A DNA stretch of 54,872 nucleotides from Prorocentrum cordatum (GCA_963575745.1 CAUYUJ010000207.1:62001-116872); one strand, 5' to 3'; numbered from the stretch's first letter, positions 1 through 13,227 are shown. The notes: generated from the sequence alone by a model not told the origin. Program-made: numbers and translations.

Positions 1-2
1 AG

Positions 3-281
3 AGAAACGAGTATCTTGCCCCTTTATATACTTCGAAAGTTTTAGGATTGAGGGGTTACTTCGACGGAGGCACCTCGGATATTGGGGCTGGGGGAGGCTG
101 GTGGCTGCAGGCTTTTGTAGAACATAAAAATGCTATACAGTGTCACGTGATTGCCGAGGAGGCGTTTGGCCTCGATAGGGAGTCAACCGTGACGGTCTGT
201 GAGTTAACGGCCGCCTCGAAGCTAATTCACGCAATCTCGCAGATTGCGTCTGTTATAGATAGCGTCTCACACGCTCGGTAG
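3..281 (+). mobile_element. C-terminal RNase H-like domain of a probable non-LTR retrotransposon ORF, truncated by the window start
   Basis: The frame is open from base 3: ...LRGYFDGGTSDIGAGGGWWLQ...STVTVCELTAASKLI...*. It shows the RNase HI-type F-D-G...G-x-G-W and T...E-L-x-A patterns. A ~75 nt 3' UTR follows, ending cgcaaagcccgcaaaaa at 359. Confidence 0.6.
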
Positions 282-1331
282 AGCCACTTGCGCCTGGTGG
301 CCGCGGGGAGCACCGCTGCTTGCATGTGCTGGAGGACCCCACCGCAAAGCCCGCAAAAACCTGGTTGACGGTTTACCGCCAACTCCCAGTTTCCCCTCCC
401 CGACGGTCTCTTCGCTCTCCGGGTCTTGGAGGCTACCAAGTGGACGCTACCAATGGACGCTACCCAGTGTACACCTGCTCCTCGTCGTTTCCCTTCTCCT
501 CCTTCTCCTCCCGTTCTTCCGTCTCCATCTGCTCTTCTCCTCTTTCTTCCTCCTGCTCCTGTTTTTCCTCCTTCTCCTCATCTTCTTCCTCTTGATCGTC
601 AGCGTCGTTCCTCTTCTCCCCCTCCGCCCTTCCCCCTTCTCCTCGTCATCCTCCTCCTCCTGCCCCTCCTTCTCCTCCGCCTGCTCCTTCTCCTCCTCCC
701 TCTCTTCCTCAGCCTCCTCCATCTCCTTCTCGTCCTCACTTCTTCTCCTCCGCGTCCTCCTCCATAAAACTGCGCCATCGCGCGCTCGGAATGCGAGACT
801 GTCGCGCCCGCATTCCATTCATGTATATCGAGGTACCTCTACTCGTAGAGCTTCCCTTAGCTAGTAACTCGTAGAGCTTCCCTTAGCTAGTTGCTGGAAG
901 CTTAAGAGTAATTCCGGGGCGCTCAAGAGCTAGTTGGCCAGAAAAATATCGACGGATTTTTTCTGACTTTTGGTCGGTTAAAAGTTTTGTTCTCGAAATT
1001 CAACTATTCGTTAGAGCTCTAGTATTTTTTCCCGTGATATTCGATCTGATCCCCGCTCGCCGTTTTAATCTCAGGTCGTTCGGGTAGATACTACTGCCAA
1101 AAAGCACTTCGGCGGGGTCGGCCGTTTCGGGCCATCTTGACACGCGATGGCGGTTTTCTGAACATAACTCGAGCTTTAGAACAGCTACAGAGCTGATACT
1201 AACAGAAACCCTCTTAGAATGATCATGCGCGTTCGTCTGTTGCATCCGGAGGTCTGAACGGTCTGCTAGCCGAGCTAGGTCCGCGAAGCTGGGAACTGGC
1301 GGTAAACCGTCAACCAGGTTGCCGCCGGGGC

Positions 1332-1688
1332 CCTCGTAGAGCTCTTTTCTCGCACGGCGCTCCTCGGTACACATGGAGGAAGCGTCTGGAGCAAGACCCG
1401 ACAAACTTGAAAATTCACGTTTTTATGTCTTTATCCAAAGATGGTTCCCCCAAGTGTTTTAATAGTAATACTGCGCCTACGGACCTGAGAATTTGACTGG
1501 CAGACGCGGCATAACCCACTACAGGTGCGAAAAATCTGGTCTCTCAAAATGATTTGTCAAATCTTTTTCAAATCTTAGCAAAACCGACCCAAAGTTACCA
1601 GATCTCCTTTTCTCGCCGGGTCGACCAACTAGCTCCACCCCGCGCCGGAATTCCTCTTAGCTCATCGATAACGAGGAGCTCTACGAGG
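1332..1688 (-). mobile_element. 357 bp inverted-repeat-bounded (MITE-like) unit, inverted relative to copies at 4.1-8.3 kb
   Basis: Perfect 13 bp inverted ends CCTCGTAGAGCTC (1332-1344) and GAGCTCTACGAGG (1676-1688). The interior is the reverse complement of units such as 7183-7536. Confidence 0.65.
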
Positions 1689-1691
1689 TAC

Positions 1692-3360
1692 TATTCGTAA
1701 TATTCGAGTCATCTTGACGGTGCTGTCGGTTTTTTTACTTAACTCGAGCTGCAGGACAGCTACAGAGCTGATATTGACAGACACCCATCCAGAATCATTA
1801 GGCGCGTCCATCTGTTGCATCTAGAGGTCTGAACTCGGTCTGCTACGCGAGCTATGTCCACGAACCTATTCGTATTATTCGAGTCATCTTGAGGGGTGCT
1901 GTCGGTTTTCTGTACTTAACTCGAGCTGTAGGACAGCTACAGAGCTGATATTAACAGAAACCCTCTTAGAATGATCAGGCGCGTTCGTCTGTTGCATCCA
2001 GAGGTCTGAACTCGGTCTGCTACCCGAGCTAGGTCCGCGAAGCTATTCGTATTATTCGAGTCATCTTGACAGGCGCTGTCGGTTTTCTGTACTTAACTCG
2101 AGCTGTAGGGCAGCTAGAGAGCTGATATTAACAGGAACCCATCCAGAATCATCAGGCGCGTTCATCTGTTGCACCTAGAGGTCTGAACTCGGTCTGCTTC
2201 TCGAGCTAGGCCCGCGAAACTGTTCGTATTATTCGAGTGATCCTGAGAGATGCTGCATCATCAGGCGCGTGCGTCTGTTGCATCTAGAGCTCTGAACTAA
2301 GTCTTGTATTCGAGTCTGCTATCAGCGGAGGCCGAAAAACTATTCGTTCCCTGGCAATTCTTTGGACATAGTATATGGCAGGAATGAAGCTCTACGAGTC
2401 CCCCGGCGGTGAGAAAGGTTGACGGTTTACCGCCGGCGCCCAGTTGCTGGAAGCTGAAGAGTAATTCCGGGGCGCTGGAGAGCTAGTTCGCAAGAAAAAT
2501 CTCGACGGACCTTTTGGTGACTTTTGGTCGGTTGAAAATTCTGTTCTCGAAATTCTTCAATTCGTTTGAGCTCTAGTATTTTTTCCCGTGAAATTCGATC
2601 TTATTCCCGCTCGACGTCTTGATCTCAGCTCGATCGGGTAGCTTTTACTGCCAAAAAGCAGGCCGGCGCGATCGGCTGTTTCGAGTTATGTTGACAGGCG
2701 TTGACGGTTTTTTGTACTCAACTCGAGCTGTAGGACAGCTACAGAGCTGATACTTACAGAAACGGATCCAGAATCATCAGGCGCGTTCGTCTGTTGAATC
2801 CAGAGCTCTGAACTCGGTCTGCTGCCCGAGCTAGGTCCGCAAAACTATGCGTATTGTTCGAGTAATTTTGAGAGGTGCTGTCGGTTTTCTGCACTTAACT
2901 CGGGCTGCAGGGTGGCTACAGGGCTGGTAATCACAGGAATCGATTTGGAGACATCAGGCGCGTCCGCCTGTCGCATTCAGAGGTGAACTCGGTCTGCTAC
3001 TCGAGCTAGGTTCGCGAAACTATTCGTATTGTTCGAGTCATCTTGAGAGGTGCTGTCGATTTTCGCACGTAACTCGGGCTGTAGGCGAGCTACAGAGCTG
3101 ATACGCACAGAAACTGATTCGATATCATCGTGCGCGTTCGTCTGTTCCATCCAGAGGTCTGAACTGGGTTTCCTACTCGGGCTAGGTCCGCAAAACTATT
3201 CGTATTCTTCAAGTCACCTTGGCAGATGTTGTCCCTTTTCTGTATTGAACTCGGGCTGTAGGATAGCTACGAGCTCGTACGCACAGAAAACGACCCAGAA
3301 GCATCAGGGGCGTTCGGCTGTTGCATCGAGAGGTCTGAAATCGCTCGGGCTGAAAAACTA
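1692..3360 (+). repeat. ~176 bp tandem repeat, two runs
   Basis: The unit start TATTCGTATTATTCGAGTCATCTTGA recurs at ~1692, 1867, 2044 and 2221, and again at ~2846, 3021 and 3197. Confidence 0.9.
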
Positions 3361-3894
3361 CTCGTTCTCTTCAATTTTTTGGACATTATATATGGTCAGG
3401 AAGCTCTACGAGTCCCCCGGCGGTAAGAAAGGTTGACGGTTTACCGCCGGCGCCCAGTTCGCGGCGGTAGCCAAGGTTGACGGTTTACTGCCGGCCCGCA
3501 GTTGGCCCACCCAGCCCGGGCGCGCAACGCGGTGACCTGGCGGTGTTTTTTCGAAGATTGTGAGAGATTTGACAATTCGTTTTGGAAGATCCGATTTTTA
3601 ATCCCTGCATCGAATTATGGCGCGTTTTGTGGTCAAAGTCTGAGGGTTGCAGCTGCAGCGCAGCTCTCGAAAATCAGGGGGAATCATTGGTCGTCAGAAT
3701 TCATTTTCCCAGATGATACTGGTCTAATATTTTACGAAAGTAGGAAGCGAATTGCACAGCTGAAGTATTCTCTGCATCTGTAGTAGAACATGACGCGTTC
3801 CGCCGGCGAATTCTCAGGCCTCCAGCTTCAGTATTATTATAAAAACACCTGACGGACGCAACTCTGTTCAGAACACTATATCTATGTATAACTA

Positions 3895-3901
3895 ATTATG
3901 C

Positions 3902-3933
<32 letters not shown>

Positions 3934-3975
3934 GTATTATTATTATTACTGTTATTATTATCATTATTATTATGA
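3895..3975. repeat. (TAT)n microsatellite
   Basis: Directly visible. Confidence 0.9.
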
Positions 3976-5399
3976 TGCATATTTAAGCTGGTGTTCGAAG
4001 ACTTTCTCGTCGTATTCTGAGCCTCTCTTCAAGAGTGACAGCTCTACAAAGGGCCCCGGCGGTAACCTGGTTGACGGTTCACCGCCGCTTCCAGATCGGG
4101 CGCAGGGTGGAGGTAGTACCTCGTAGCTCTTCGGGATCGATGAGCTAGTGGAATTCCGGCGCGGGGTGGCGCTAGTTGGCCCACCCGGCCCGGGCGGAGA
4201 ATGTGGGAATTTTGGGTCGTTTGGACGAACATTGTGAGAGTTTTAACATATCGTTTCGGAAGAATTCCCCGTGGTGGATTATGGCGCGTGCAGTGATAAA
4301 AGTTTCAGGGCTGTAGCTGCAGCGCCGCTCTGGAAAATTAAGGGCTTCCGTCGGCCGTCGAGACGCAATTTCCAGATAATAATGGTTTTCTAAACTCAAC
4401 AGAAGACAGAAGCAAGCTACACAGCTCTAGCTCTATCTGCAGCAGTATTGGCTTATGGCGCGCCAGGCGGTCCAATGCTCGCGTCTGTAGCTGTTCTATT
4501 AATTGACGTAAAAATTTTGTTGTAATACCGAGAAAATGCATTTCTCAAATTTCCACCTGATGTTGAAGTAAGCTTTCTCGTCGTGTTCTCAGCCTACTTC
4601 GCGTGTCGGGAGCTCTACAAGGGTCCGGGTGGTAACCTGGTTGACAGTTTACCGCCGGCTTCCATCGGCCAGCCCGGCCAGGGCGGGTGGGGATTTCGGG
4701 TCGATTGGGCGAACATAGTAAGAGATTCGACCGTTCATTTTGAGAACCAATGTATGCTTAATGGGCTATGCCGCGTTCGCCTGTCAAATGCATTCTCAGG
4801 TCCGTAGCTACAGTGTTACTATCAGAAGACGTAGAGGAGCCGACGCCGTAGAAAACCCCCCAAAATACAATTTGCGAATTTTGAAACTGATGTTCGAAGA
4901 AGCTTCCTCCTCGTTAGCACTAATTTGCGTTCAAAAACTCTGCGAGGGTTCCGGCGGTGACCTGGTCGACGGTGCACCGCCGGCTCCCAGCTTCGCTCCC
5001 GCATTGTCCTCTGGAACCAAAGAGGGCTTCATGTAAGAAACCAGCAGCGCCGGGGCGATCTTTTTGAGCTTGCACTGCGCCCGGGGCAACGGTTCGCTAT
5101 TCGTTCCCAAGAAGCGAGCCCGAAGCCGCGTTGCAGGTCTGACGCAGCTCCCTCGAGACTCCCCCCTTCCAAGCGCGCTGGCCCAGTGCTGCGAGCTCCC
5201 GCCCACGTTCGATTCCAGCACTTGTGCGCCCCGCAGGCCCCTTGCCAACGCCCCCCCTGAGCATTGCTCCCGAATGACTTCTTGGAACGATGCAGACAGC
5301 TTCAGATCAGAAGGTGGCGCGCAGGGCATCGCCAGCTCCTCTCCACGGCCCCCAGTCAGGCACCCCCTCGCAGCAGCTTGCTTCAACTTGCAGAGTGCG

Positions 5400-5835
5400 A
5401 CTAAGAGAGCTTCCCCAAGAAGCGAAGCGGCGAACCTGGAGGGTGACTCGTAGAGCTTCACTTCGTGCAAAGCGGCGAAAACAGAAAGTGACTCGTAGAG
5501 CTTCCCTAAGAGCGAATCGGCGAAGCTAGAGAGTGACTCGTAGAGCTACCCTAAGAGCGAAGTGACTCGTAGAGCTGCCCTAAGAGCGAAGCGGCGAAGC
5601 TAGAGAGTAATTCCGGCGCGCTGGGGGGCCAGTGACTCGTAGAGCTTCCCTGAGGGCGAAGCGGCAAAGGTAGAGAGTAATGATTCGTAGAGCCTCCCTA
5701 AGAGCGAAGCGGCGAACCTAGACGGTAATTCCGGGGCGCTGGGGGGCTAGTTCGCAAAAAAGTGACTCGTGGAGCTTCCCTAAGAGCGAAGCGGCGAAGC
5801 TAGAGAGTAATTCTGGCGCGCTGGGGGGCTAGTGG
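5400..5835 (+). repeat. ~45-60 bp tandem of GTGACTCGTAGAGCTTCCCTAAGAGCGAAGCGGCGAAGCTAGAGA
   Basis: About 8 visible copies, each carrying the same CTCGTAGAGCT core as family A/B. Confidence 0.85.
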
Positions 5836-8655
5836 GCAAAAAAATATCGACGGATGTTTTGCGTATTGTGCTCGGCTTGAATTCGATTTCTCGAAATTTC
5901 AACAGTTTACCGCCGGCTCCCAGTGCGCGTGCCGAGAAGCTCTCCACTAGATGGTCCGGAAGCTATTTCCACGTCCTGCGCGCTTATTACCTCGTAGAGA
6001 TCTCCTGCAACGATGAGCTATACCCCGGCGCGGGGTGGAGCTAGTTGACCGACCCGGCCAGGGCGGACAATACTTCGTAGAGCTCTTCGGAAACGATGAG
6101 CTAGAGGAATTCGGCGCGGGGTGGAGCTAGTTGGCCCGCCCGGCCTGGGCGGACAATGCGGCTGGGGTCGGTTTTTGGAAGATTTTGAGAGATTTGATCC
6201 ATTCGTTTTGAGAGCCAGTATTTTTGTAACTTGTTGTGGACTATGCCGCGTCTTCCTGTCAATTTCTCAGTTCCGCAGCTGCAATATTATTTTCAAAAGG
6301 CGTGGGGGGTCCGACTTCGTATGAAACCCCCAAACATAGTTTTGCGAGTTTTTAAGCTGATATCAAGGAAGCTGTCTCCTCGTAGTCTGAGCAATAATTC
6401 GCGTGTCAAGAGCTCCACGAGGGCCCTGGCGGTAGCCTGGTTGACGGTTTACCGCTGGCTCCCAGTGTGACGACCTGGGGTCCCTTTTTTGAAGATTGTG
6501 AGAGATTTGACAATTCGTACCTCGTAGAGCTCTTCGGGGCGATGAGGTAGAGGAATCCTGGCGCGGGGTGGAGCTAGTTGACCGACCCCGCCTGGGCGGG
6601 CAAAGTGGCAGCCCGGGGTCGGTGTTTGGAAGTTTGTGAGAGATCTGACCATTCGTTTTGAGAGCCCGTATTTTTGTCACGTGAAATTAGTTATGCCGCG
6701 TTTGTCTGTGGAATTCTCAGGTTCGTAGCTGCAATATCATTATCGAAAGACGTGGGGGAACCGATTTCGAATTAAAAGAGAACAACATGTTTGTTCGAGT
6801 TTGCAAGCTGGTGCTCAAGAGCGCTCCCTCCGTGTTTTCCGAGCAGCGCTACGCGTGGAAAGAGCTGTACGAGGGTCCCGTCGGTAACCTGGTTGACGGT
6901 TTGCCGCCGGCTCCCAGTTTTGAGAACCAAGTTTTTTCTCACGTGTAGTGGGTTATTTCGCGTCTGCTTGTGCAATTCTCAGGTCCGAAGCTGCAGTATT
7001 ATTATCAAAAGACGTAGGGGGAACCGACTTCGTGTAAAACCCCACAAAATACAATCTGCGAGTTGTTAAAATGATATTCAAGGAAGCTTTCTCTTCGTAA
7101 TCTGAGCATTAGTTTGCGTGTTAAGCGCTCTATGAGGGCCCCAGCGGTAACCTGGTTGACGGCTTACCGCCGGCTCCCAGTACCTCGTAGAGCTCGTCGG
7201 AATCGATGAGGTCGAGGAATTCCGGCGCGGGGTGGAGGTAGTTGACCGACCCGGCCAGGGCGGACAATGTGACGACCTGGTTTTTTTGTTTGAAGATGAT
7301 GAGAGATTTGTCAGTTTTTTTTGGGAACCCGTATTTTTGTAACGTGCAGTGGGTTATGCCGCGTCTGTGTGTAAACTTTTCAGGTCTGTAGCTGCGTTAT
7401 TCTTTTCAAAAGACGTAGGGGAACCGACTTCTTATCATGCCCAAAAACACCCATTGTTCGAGTTTTCGAGCTGATATTCGAGAAAGCTTTCTCTTCGTAC
7501 TCTGAGCACTAATACGCGTGTCCAGAGCTCTACGAGAGTCCCGGCGGTAACCTGGTTGACGTTTTACCGCCGTCTCCCAGTTCGCCAGGCCTTCCCACGT
7601 CTATCAGGCGCCCTACTATCCGGTTTACCTCGTAGAGCTCTTCGGCAGCGATGAGCTAAAGTACCTCGTCGGTATCGATGAGGTAGAGGAATTCCGGCGC
7701 GGGGTGGAGCTAGTTGGCCGACCCGGCCAGGGCGGACAATGTGTCGACCTGTGGTCGTTTTTTTTTTTGTTTTTTTTTTTTTGTTTTCTTCGGAAGTTTG
7801 TGAGAGATTTGACGATTCGTTTTGAGATCCAATATTTGTCACGTGTAGTGAGTTCTGCCGCGTCTGCCTGTCAAATTCTCAGGTACGTAGCTGCAATATT
7901 ATTTTCGAAGGACGTAGGGGAACCGACTTCGTATACCACCACAACAAATACATTCTGCGAGTTTTCAAGTTGATATTTAAGGAAGTGCGGGGTGGAGCTA
8001 GTTGACCGACCCGGCCCGGGCGGACAATGTGGGAACTTTGGGTCGGTTGGGCGAATATTGTGAAAGATTTGACAATTCGTTTCGAAAACCAGTATTTTCG
8101 CACCTGTAGCAGGTTATGCCGCGTCCGCCAGTGAAATTCTCAGGTCCGTAGCTGCAGTGTTACTATCAAAAGACTTGGCGGAACCGACTTCGACCGAAAA
8201 ACATGAATTTTTAAGTTTTTAAGCTGATGCTGAACAAATACTCCTCTCCTTATGTTCCGAGCAGCGCCACGCGTGCAAGGAGCTCTACGAAGGTCCTGGC
8301 GGTAACCTGGTTGACGGTTTACCGTCAGCTCGCAGTTCCGGCGCGGGGTGGAGCCCGCCTGGGCGTCGTTGCGTTTGTCGCCGGGGCCCCTGCTGCCGCC
8401 GCTGCAGGTCGGCCGGCCGGCGGCGGGTCCCCGGGCCCGCGCTGCGCGCTTTCCGGCCCTGGTCGGCCCTGGGCGGGGGGGGGCCCTCCCCGGCCCGGCG
8501 GGGCCCGCTCCGGCTCTCCGGCGGTCCCGGTCCGTCCTTGGGCGCGGTGTGCGGAAGGTTTGTGGACCATATTTGCGCCAATGTGCAAACGGAGACACGT
8601 TGAGAAATGCGAACAGCCAGGGGGGGCACTACCTGCGAAACGCTCCGAGACAGAC

Positions 8656-8735
8656 CATCGCGGCCTCGAACACCTGCCCGTCAAGTATGGCGAAGGCGCT
8701 CTGGCTGAGCCGTCGGAGGGGCTGGAACGGCATTC
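8656..8735 (-). CDS. candidate exon of an unidentified minus-strand gene
   Basis: Unique sequence with a cAG|G acceptor and ATG|GT donor. The 80 nt encode (G)MPFQPLRRLSQSAFAILDGQVFEAAM, which is protein-like and resembles the stretch before the first TM helix of ion-transport proteins (inference). Confidence 0.35.
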
Positions 8736-9878
8736 CTGCTTCATCAGAGATTGAGAGCCGCTTGCGCATATTATCAAAGGTGACACGAGTTTGCTAACTC
8801 TTGGGCAACTTCCATCATCCACCCCCTGTCGTACAAATGTATTACCTGGTTACCATGGGTTGGATGTCCAATTGACCTGAGGCAATTCCAGAGTCCAGAG
8901 CAGAAGCATCGACGATATTGCATCCATATTGCTTATTATTTAGCCAACTACATCATGGACGTCGGGAGTCCTTGGTGTCCACGGATATCATCAGGGGAAA
9001 ATGAACTGCCCGATCATGGACCTTGATATCTCAAGCAGGCCAGTGCGAACGTTCTGTACGGCCTGGGAATAATGGCTCGCAGGGATCTGTGAGTTGGATC
9101 TTGGGACGTTTGTGTGTATATGTGTGTGTGTTGCAGTGTCCTTGATGCTTCTTGGTTTGCTCTGGTTCTCTCCTCCTTCGGCTCTTCATGCTCTGGCCGT
9201 CCCCGCTTCGCAGATATTATTGTTTTTTGGTGCCATAGACTTGCTGGTCAGCTCAGCTGCATGTTTCTCGGCAGCTTGGAGCTTCCATGCTCTGGTTTTT
9301 GTTGTTCGTGTCCACTTCGAAGGCCAGTGCGCGAGCGACGTTCCTCCAGGCAGATATGTGGTGTGAGGTGTGAGGCAGCCATCAGTGGCGTAGCCGAGTG
9401 AAAACAGAAAAACGCAGCGAGGCTCCGCCGCGCGTCCCGCCTCGGGACGACCTCTGGGGCGATCCTGGGACCTCCTGACGGACCCCGATCCTCCTCCTCC
9501 TCCTCCTCCTCTTCCTCCTCCTCCTCCTCCTCCTCCTCCTCTTGGCCCCCTCTTCTTCGGCTCGTCATCTTCACCCGTTCCTTCCCCTGCTCTTTGACGT
9601 TCTTGCTTGTTGTGCTGCTATTCAGTGCGATACCCTGCCAGGGCTGCTCGCAGTTCGACTTGGTCCGATTCGATCGGCAAGCTTGGATCTCGGTCCGAAA
9701 CTGACCGATTCTCTCTCTGGCCTCCAGGGGCCGAGCCCGATCCGCGATCCCAAGCGATCCGATCCCGATCCGATCCGGCGGCGATTCGGGCGCGATTCGA
9801 TCCGTTTTCGGATCCGACCCGACTGCATAGGACGAGCTGCTCTTCTTCCTCTTCTTCCTCCTCTCCCCTCTTCTTCAC

Positions 9879-9912
<34 letters not shown>

Positions 9913-10050
9913 TTCTCCCTCTTCCTTTTCCTCCTCCTCTCCCCTCCTCCTCTCCCCTCCTCTGCACGAGCTGACGACTCAGAATTTCGGCCGCGTTCGC
10001 AGGACAGCCGCGCTGCCCAGCCGAGCCGGCCGCGCGGTGCACCTCCGCAC

Positions 10051-10083
10051 CCGTCCTCCCGCCCGTGCTCTCGATATCTCCGC
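10051..10083 (-). CDS. candidate micro-exon upstream of 8656-8735
   Basis: ccAG|G acceptor and G|GT donor; 33 nt encoding GDIESTGGRT. It ends in phase 1, compatible with the GA start of the 8735 exon. Confidence 0.2.
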
Positions 10084-10208
10084 CTGGCCGCCTGCTCTCG
10101 CCAGCAGCCTCGCGCGCGGCGGAGCCCAGCGCCGGGGGGGGGGGCGTTGGCGGCTGGGGCGCACAGGGCGGGGGGGGCAAGCGCAAGCAGGGATGAGCAG
10201 GGACGACC

Positions 10209-10245
10209 GTGATGATGACGATGATGATAATGGTGGTGGTGGTGG

Positions 10246-10276
<31 letters not shown>

Positions 10277-10546
10277 GATGATGACGATGATGACGACGAT
10301 GATGATGACAATGATGATGAGGAGGAGGAGGAGGATTAGGATGACGGAACAGATGATGCTGATGATATTAATGAGGACGAGGGTAAGGATGAAGATGAGG
10401 ATGAGGATGATGAGGATGATGGGTATGATGATGATGCTGATTATGATGCTGATGAGGATGAGCAGGGGCGACCGTGATGATGATTCTGTTGATGATGGTG
10501 GTGGTGATGATGATGGTGATGATGATGATGATGCTGATAGTGATGA

Positions 10547-10578
<32 letters not shown>

Positions 10579-10773
10579 ATGATGATGATGATGATGATGA
10601 CGATGACGATGATGATGATGATGACGATGATGATGATGAGAAGGAGGAGGATTAGGATGAGGATGATTGTGATGATGCTGATGATAATGATGAGGACGAG
10701 GGTGAGGATGAGGATGATGAGGATGATGGGGATGATGCTGCTGCTGATGATGCTGATGATGCTGATGATGCTT

Positions 10774-10813
<40 letters not shown>

Positions 10814-11239
10814 CAATAATAATAATAATGACGACGATGCTGATGCCGACAACGATGACGACGACGTTGATGATGATGATGCTGCTGATGCTGATGATGA
10901 TGCTGATAATGATGATGATTTTGAGGATGAGGATGATGATGATGATGCTGATGACGATGGTTATGATGTCGAATATTGTGTTGGTGATGATGATGCTTGT
11001 GATGATGATGATGATGATGATGATGAGGATGATGATGATGATAATGATGGGGATGAGGATGAGGATAATGATGAGAGGGATGATGATAAGGATGCTGCTC
11101 CTGATGATGCTGATGATGCTCATGATGAGGATGATGATAGTAATGACGACGATGTTGATGCCGATAACGATGACGATGACGATGGCGTTGATGATGCTGA
11201 TGATGATGATGATGATGCTTATGATGAGGATGACGATGC

Positions 11240-11283
<44 letters not shown>

Positions 11284-11356
11284 GTGAGGGTGCTGATGAT
11301 GCTGATGATGCTGCTGATGATGCTTGTGATCTTGATCATTCTGTTGATGATGATGG

Positions 11357-11404
<48 letters not shown>

Positions 11405-11405
11405 C

Positions 11406-11451
<46 letters not shown>

Positions 11452-12096
11452 GTAATGATGATGATAATGATGATGATGATGAGGATGATGATGCTGTTGA
11501 TTATGCTGATGATGATGAGGCTGAAGAGGAGGAGTATTAGGATGAGGAGGACGATGATGCTGTTGATCATGATGAGAGTGAGGATGAGGATAAGGATGCG
11601 GATGAGGATACTGATGAGGATGATGATGATGCTGACGATGGTGGTTATGATGTATATCATTATGTTGATGATGACGATGCTGATTAAGCTGACGATGCGG
11701 AGGAGGAGGAGGAGGAGGAGGAGGAAGGGGAGGAGGATTAGGATGAGGGTGATGATGATGATGCTGATGATTATGAGGAGGATGAGGATGATGAGAATGA
11801 TGATGAGGATGATGGGGATGATGATGATGGCAATGATGATGCTGATGATGATGATGATGATGGTGCTGATGCTTACGATGAGTATGACGATACTATCGAC
11901 GACGAAGCTGATGTGGTTGAGGATGATCACGCTGATGACGATGGTGGTGATGATGCTGATGCTGATGCTGCTGATGAGGATGATGATGCTGAGGGCGAGG
12001 ATGAGGATGATGATGATGATGATGATGAAGACGATAGCTATGCCGGTGGTTATTACGTTGATGATGATGCTTATGATGATGATGATGATGATGATG

Positions 12097-12153
<57 letters not shown>

Positions 12154-12605
12154 CCGATAAGGATGATGATGCCGATGATGATGATACTGATGCTCATGAT
12201 GATGGCGATACGGATGATGCTGATGGTGATGATGTTGAATCTGGTGTTAATGATGACGATTCTGATGGTGATGATCACGAGTATGATGATGCAGCTTATG
12301 ATGTGGACGATGCGTATGATGATGACGCTGATGATGATGACGATGATGTTGGTGGTGATGAAGCTTATGATGTGGTTGATGGTGATAATGACGACGATGT
12401 TGACGCGGATAACGATGACACCGATGCTGATGCTGCGGCTGATGATGACGATGATGATGCTGATGCTGATGCCGATGAGGAAGATGATGTTTATGGTGAC
12501 GATGATGATGATTATGATGATGATAATGATGCTGATGATGATGGTGATGATGATGATGCTGATGCTGATGATGATGATGATGATGATGATGATGCCGATG
12601 AGGAA

Positions 12606-12665
<60 letters not shown>

Positions 12666-12666
12666 C

Positions 12667-12719
<53 letters not shown>

Positions 12720-13058
12720 GCCGGTGGTGGTGGTGGTGGTCGTCGTGGCGATGTTGATGGTGACGGCGGTGGTGGTGACGGTGGCGGTGACGGTGACCGT
12801 GACGGTGATTGTGATGGTGAGGAGGAGGAGAAGGAGGAGGAGAAGGATGAAGAGGCGGAGGAGGAGTAGGAGTAGGCGGACGAGGACGAGCAGTAGCAGC
12901 ATGAATAGATCTAGTACCATACCATCCTCCTGGGGACATCGAGCAGGGTGAAGAGGCGGCATATACTGACGGGGCGTGCACGACGAGGACGAGCAAGATG
13001 AGGAGGTGGAGGATAGTGGTGGTGGCGAGGATCATGATGATGACGATGATGATGATGC

Positions 13059-13111
<53 letters not shown>

Positions 13112-13172
13112 ATGATGACGATGATGCTGATGATGATGATGGTGGTGGTGGTGGTGATGATGGGATGCTGCT

Positions 13173-13227
<55 letters not shown>

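Larger units (their letters stand above)
836..8350. repeat. complex modular satellite field (family A/B)
   Basis: Recurrent modules: CTCGTAGAGCTC and its reverse complement, the hairpin CCGGCGGTAACCTGGTTGACGGTTTACCGCCGG, ~176 bp tandem units and ~350-420 bp units. The block starting at 889 recurs at 2441. Confidence 0.9.
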
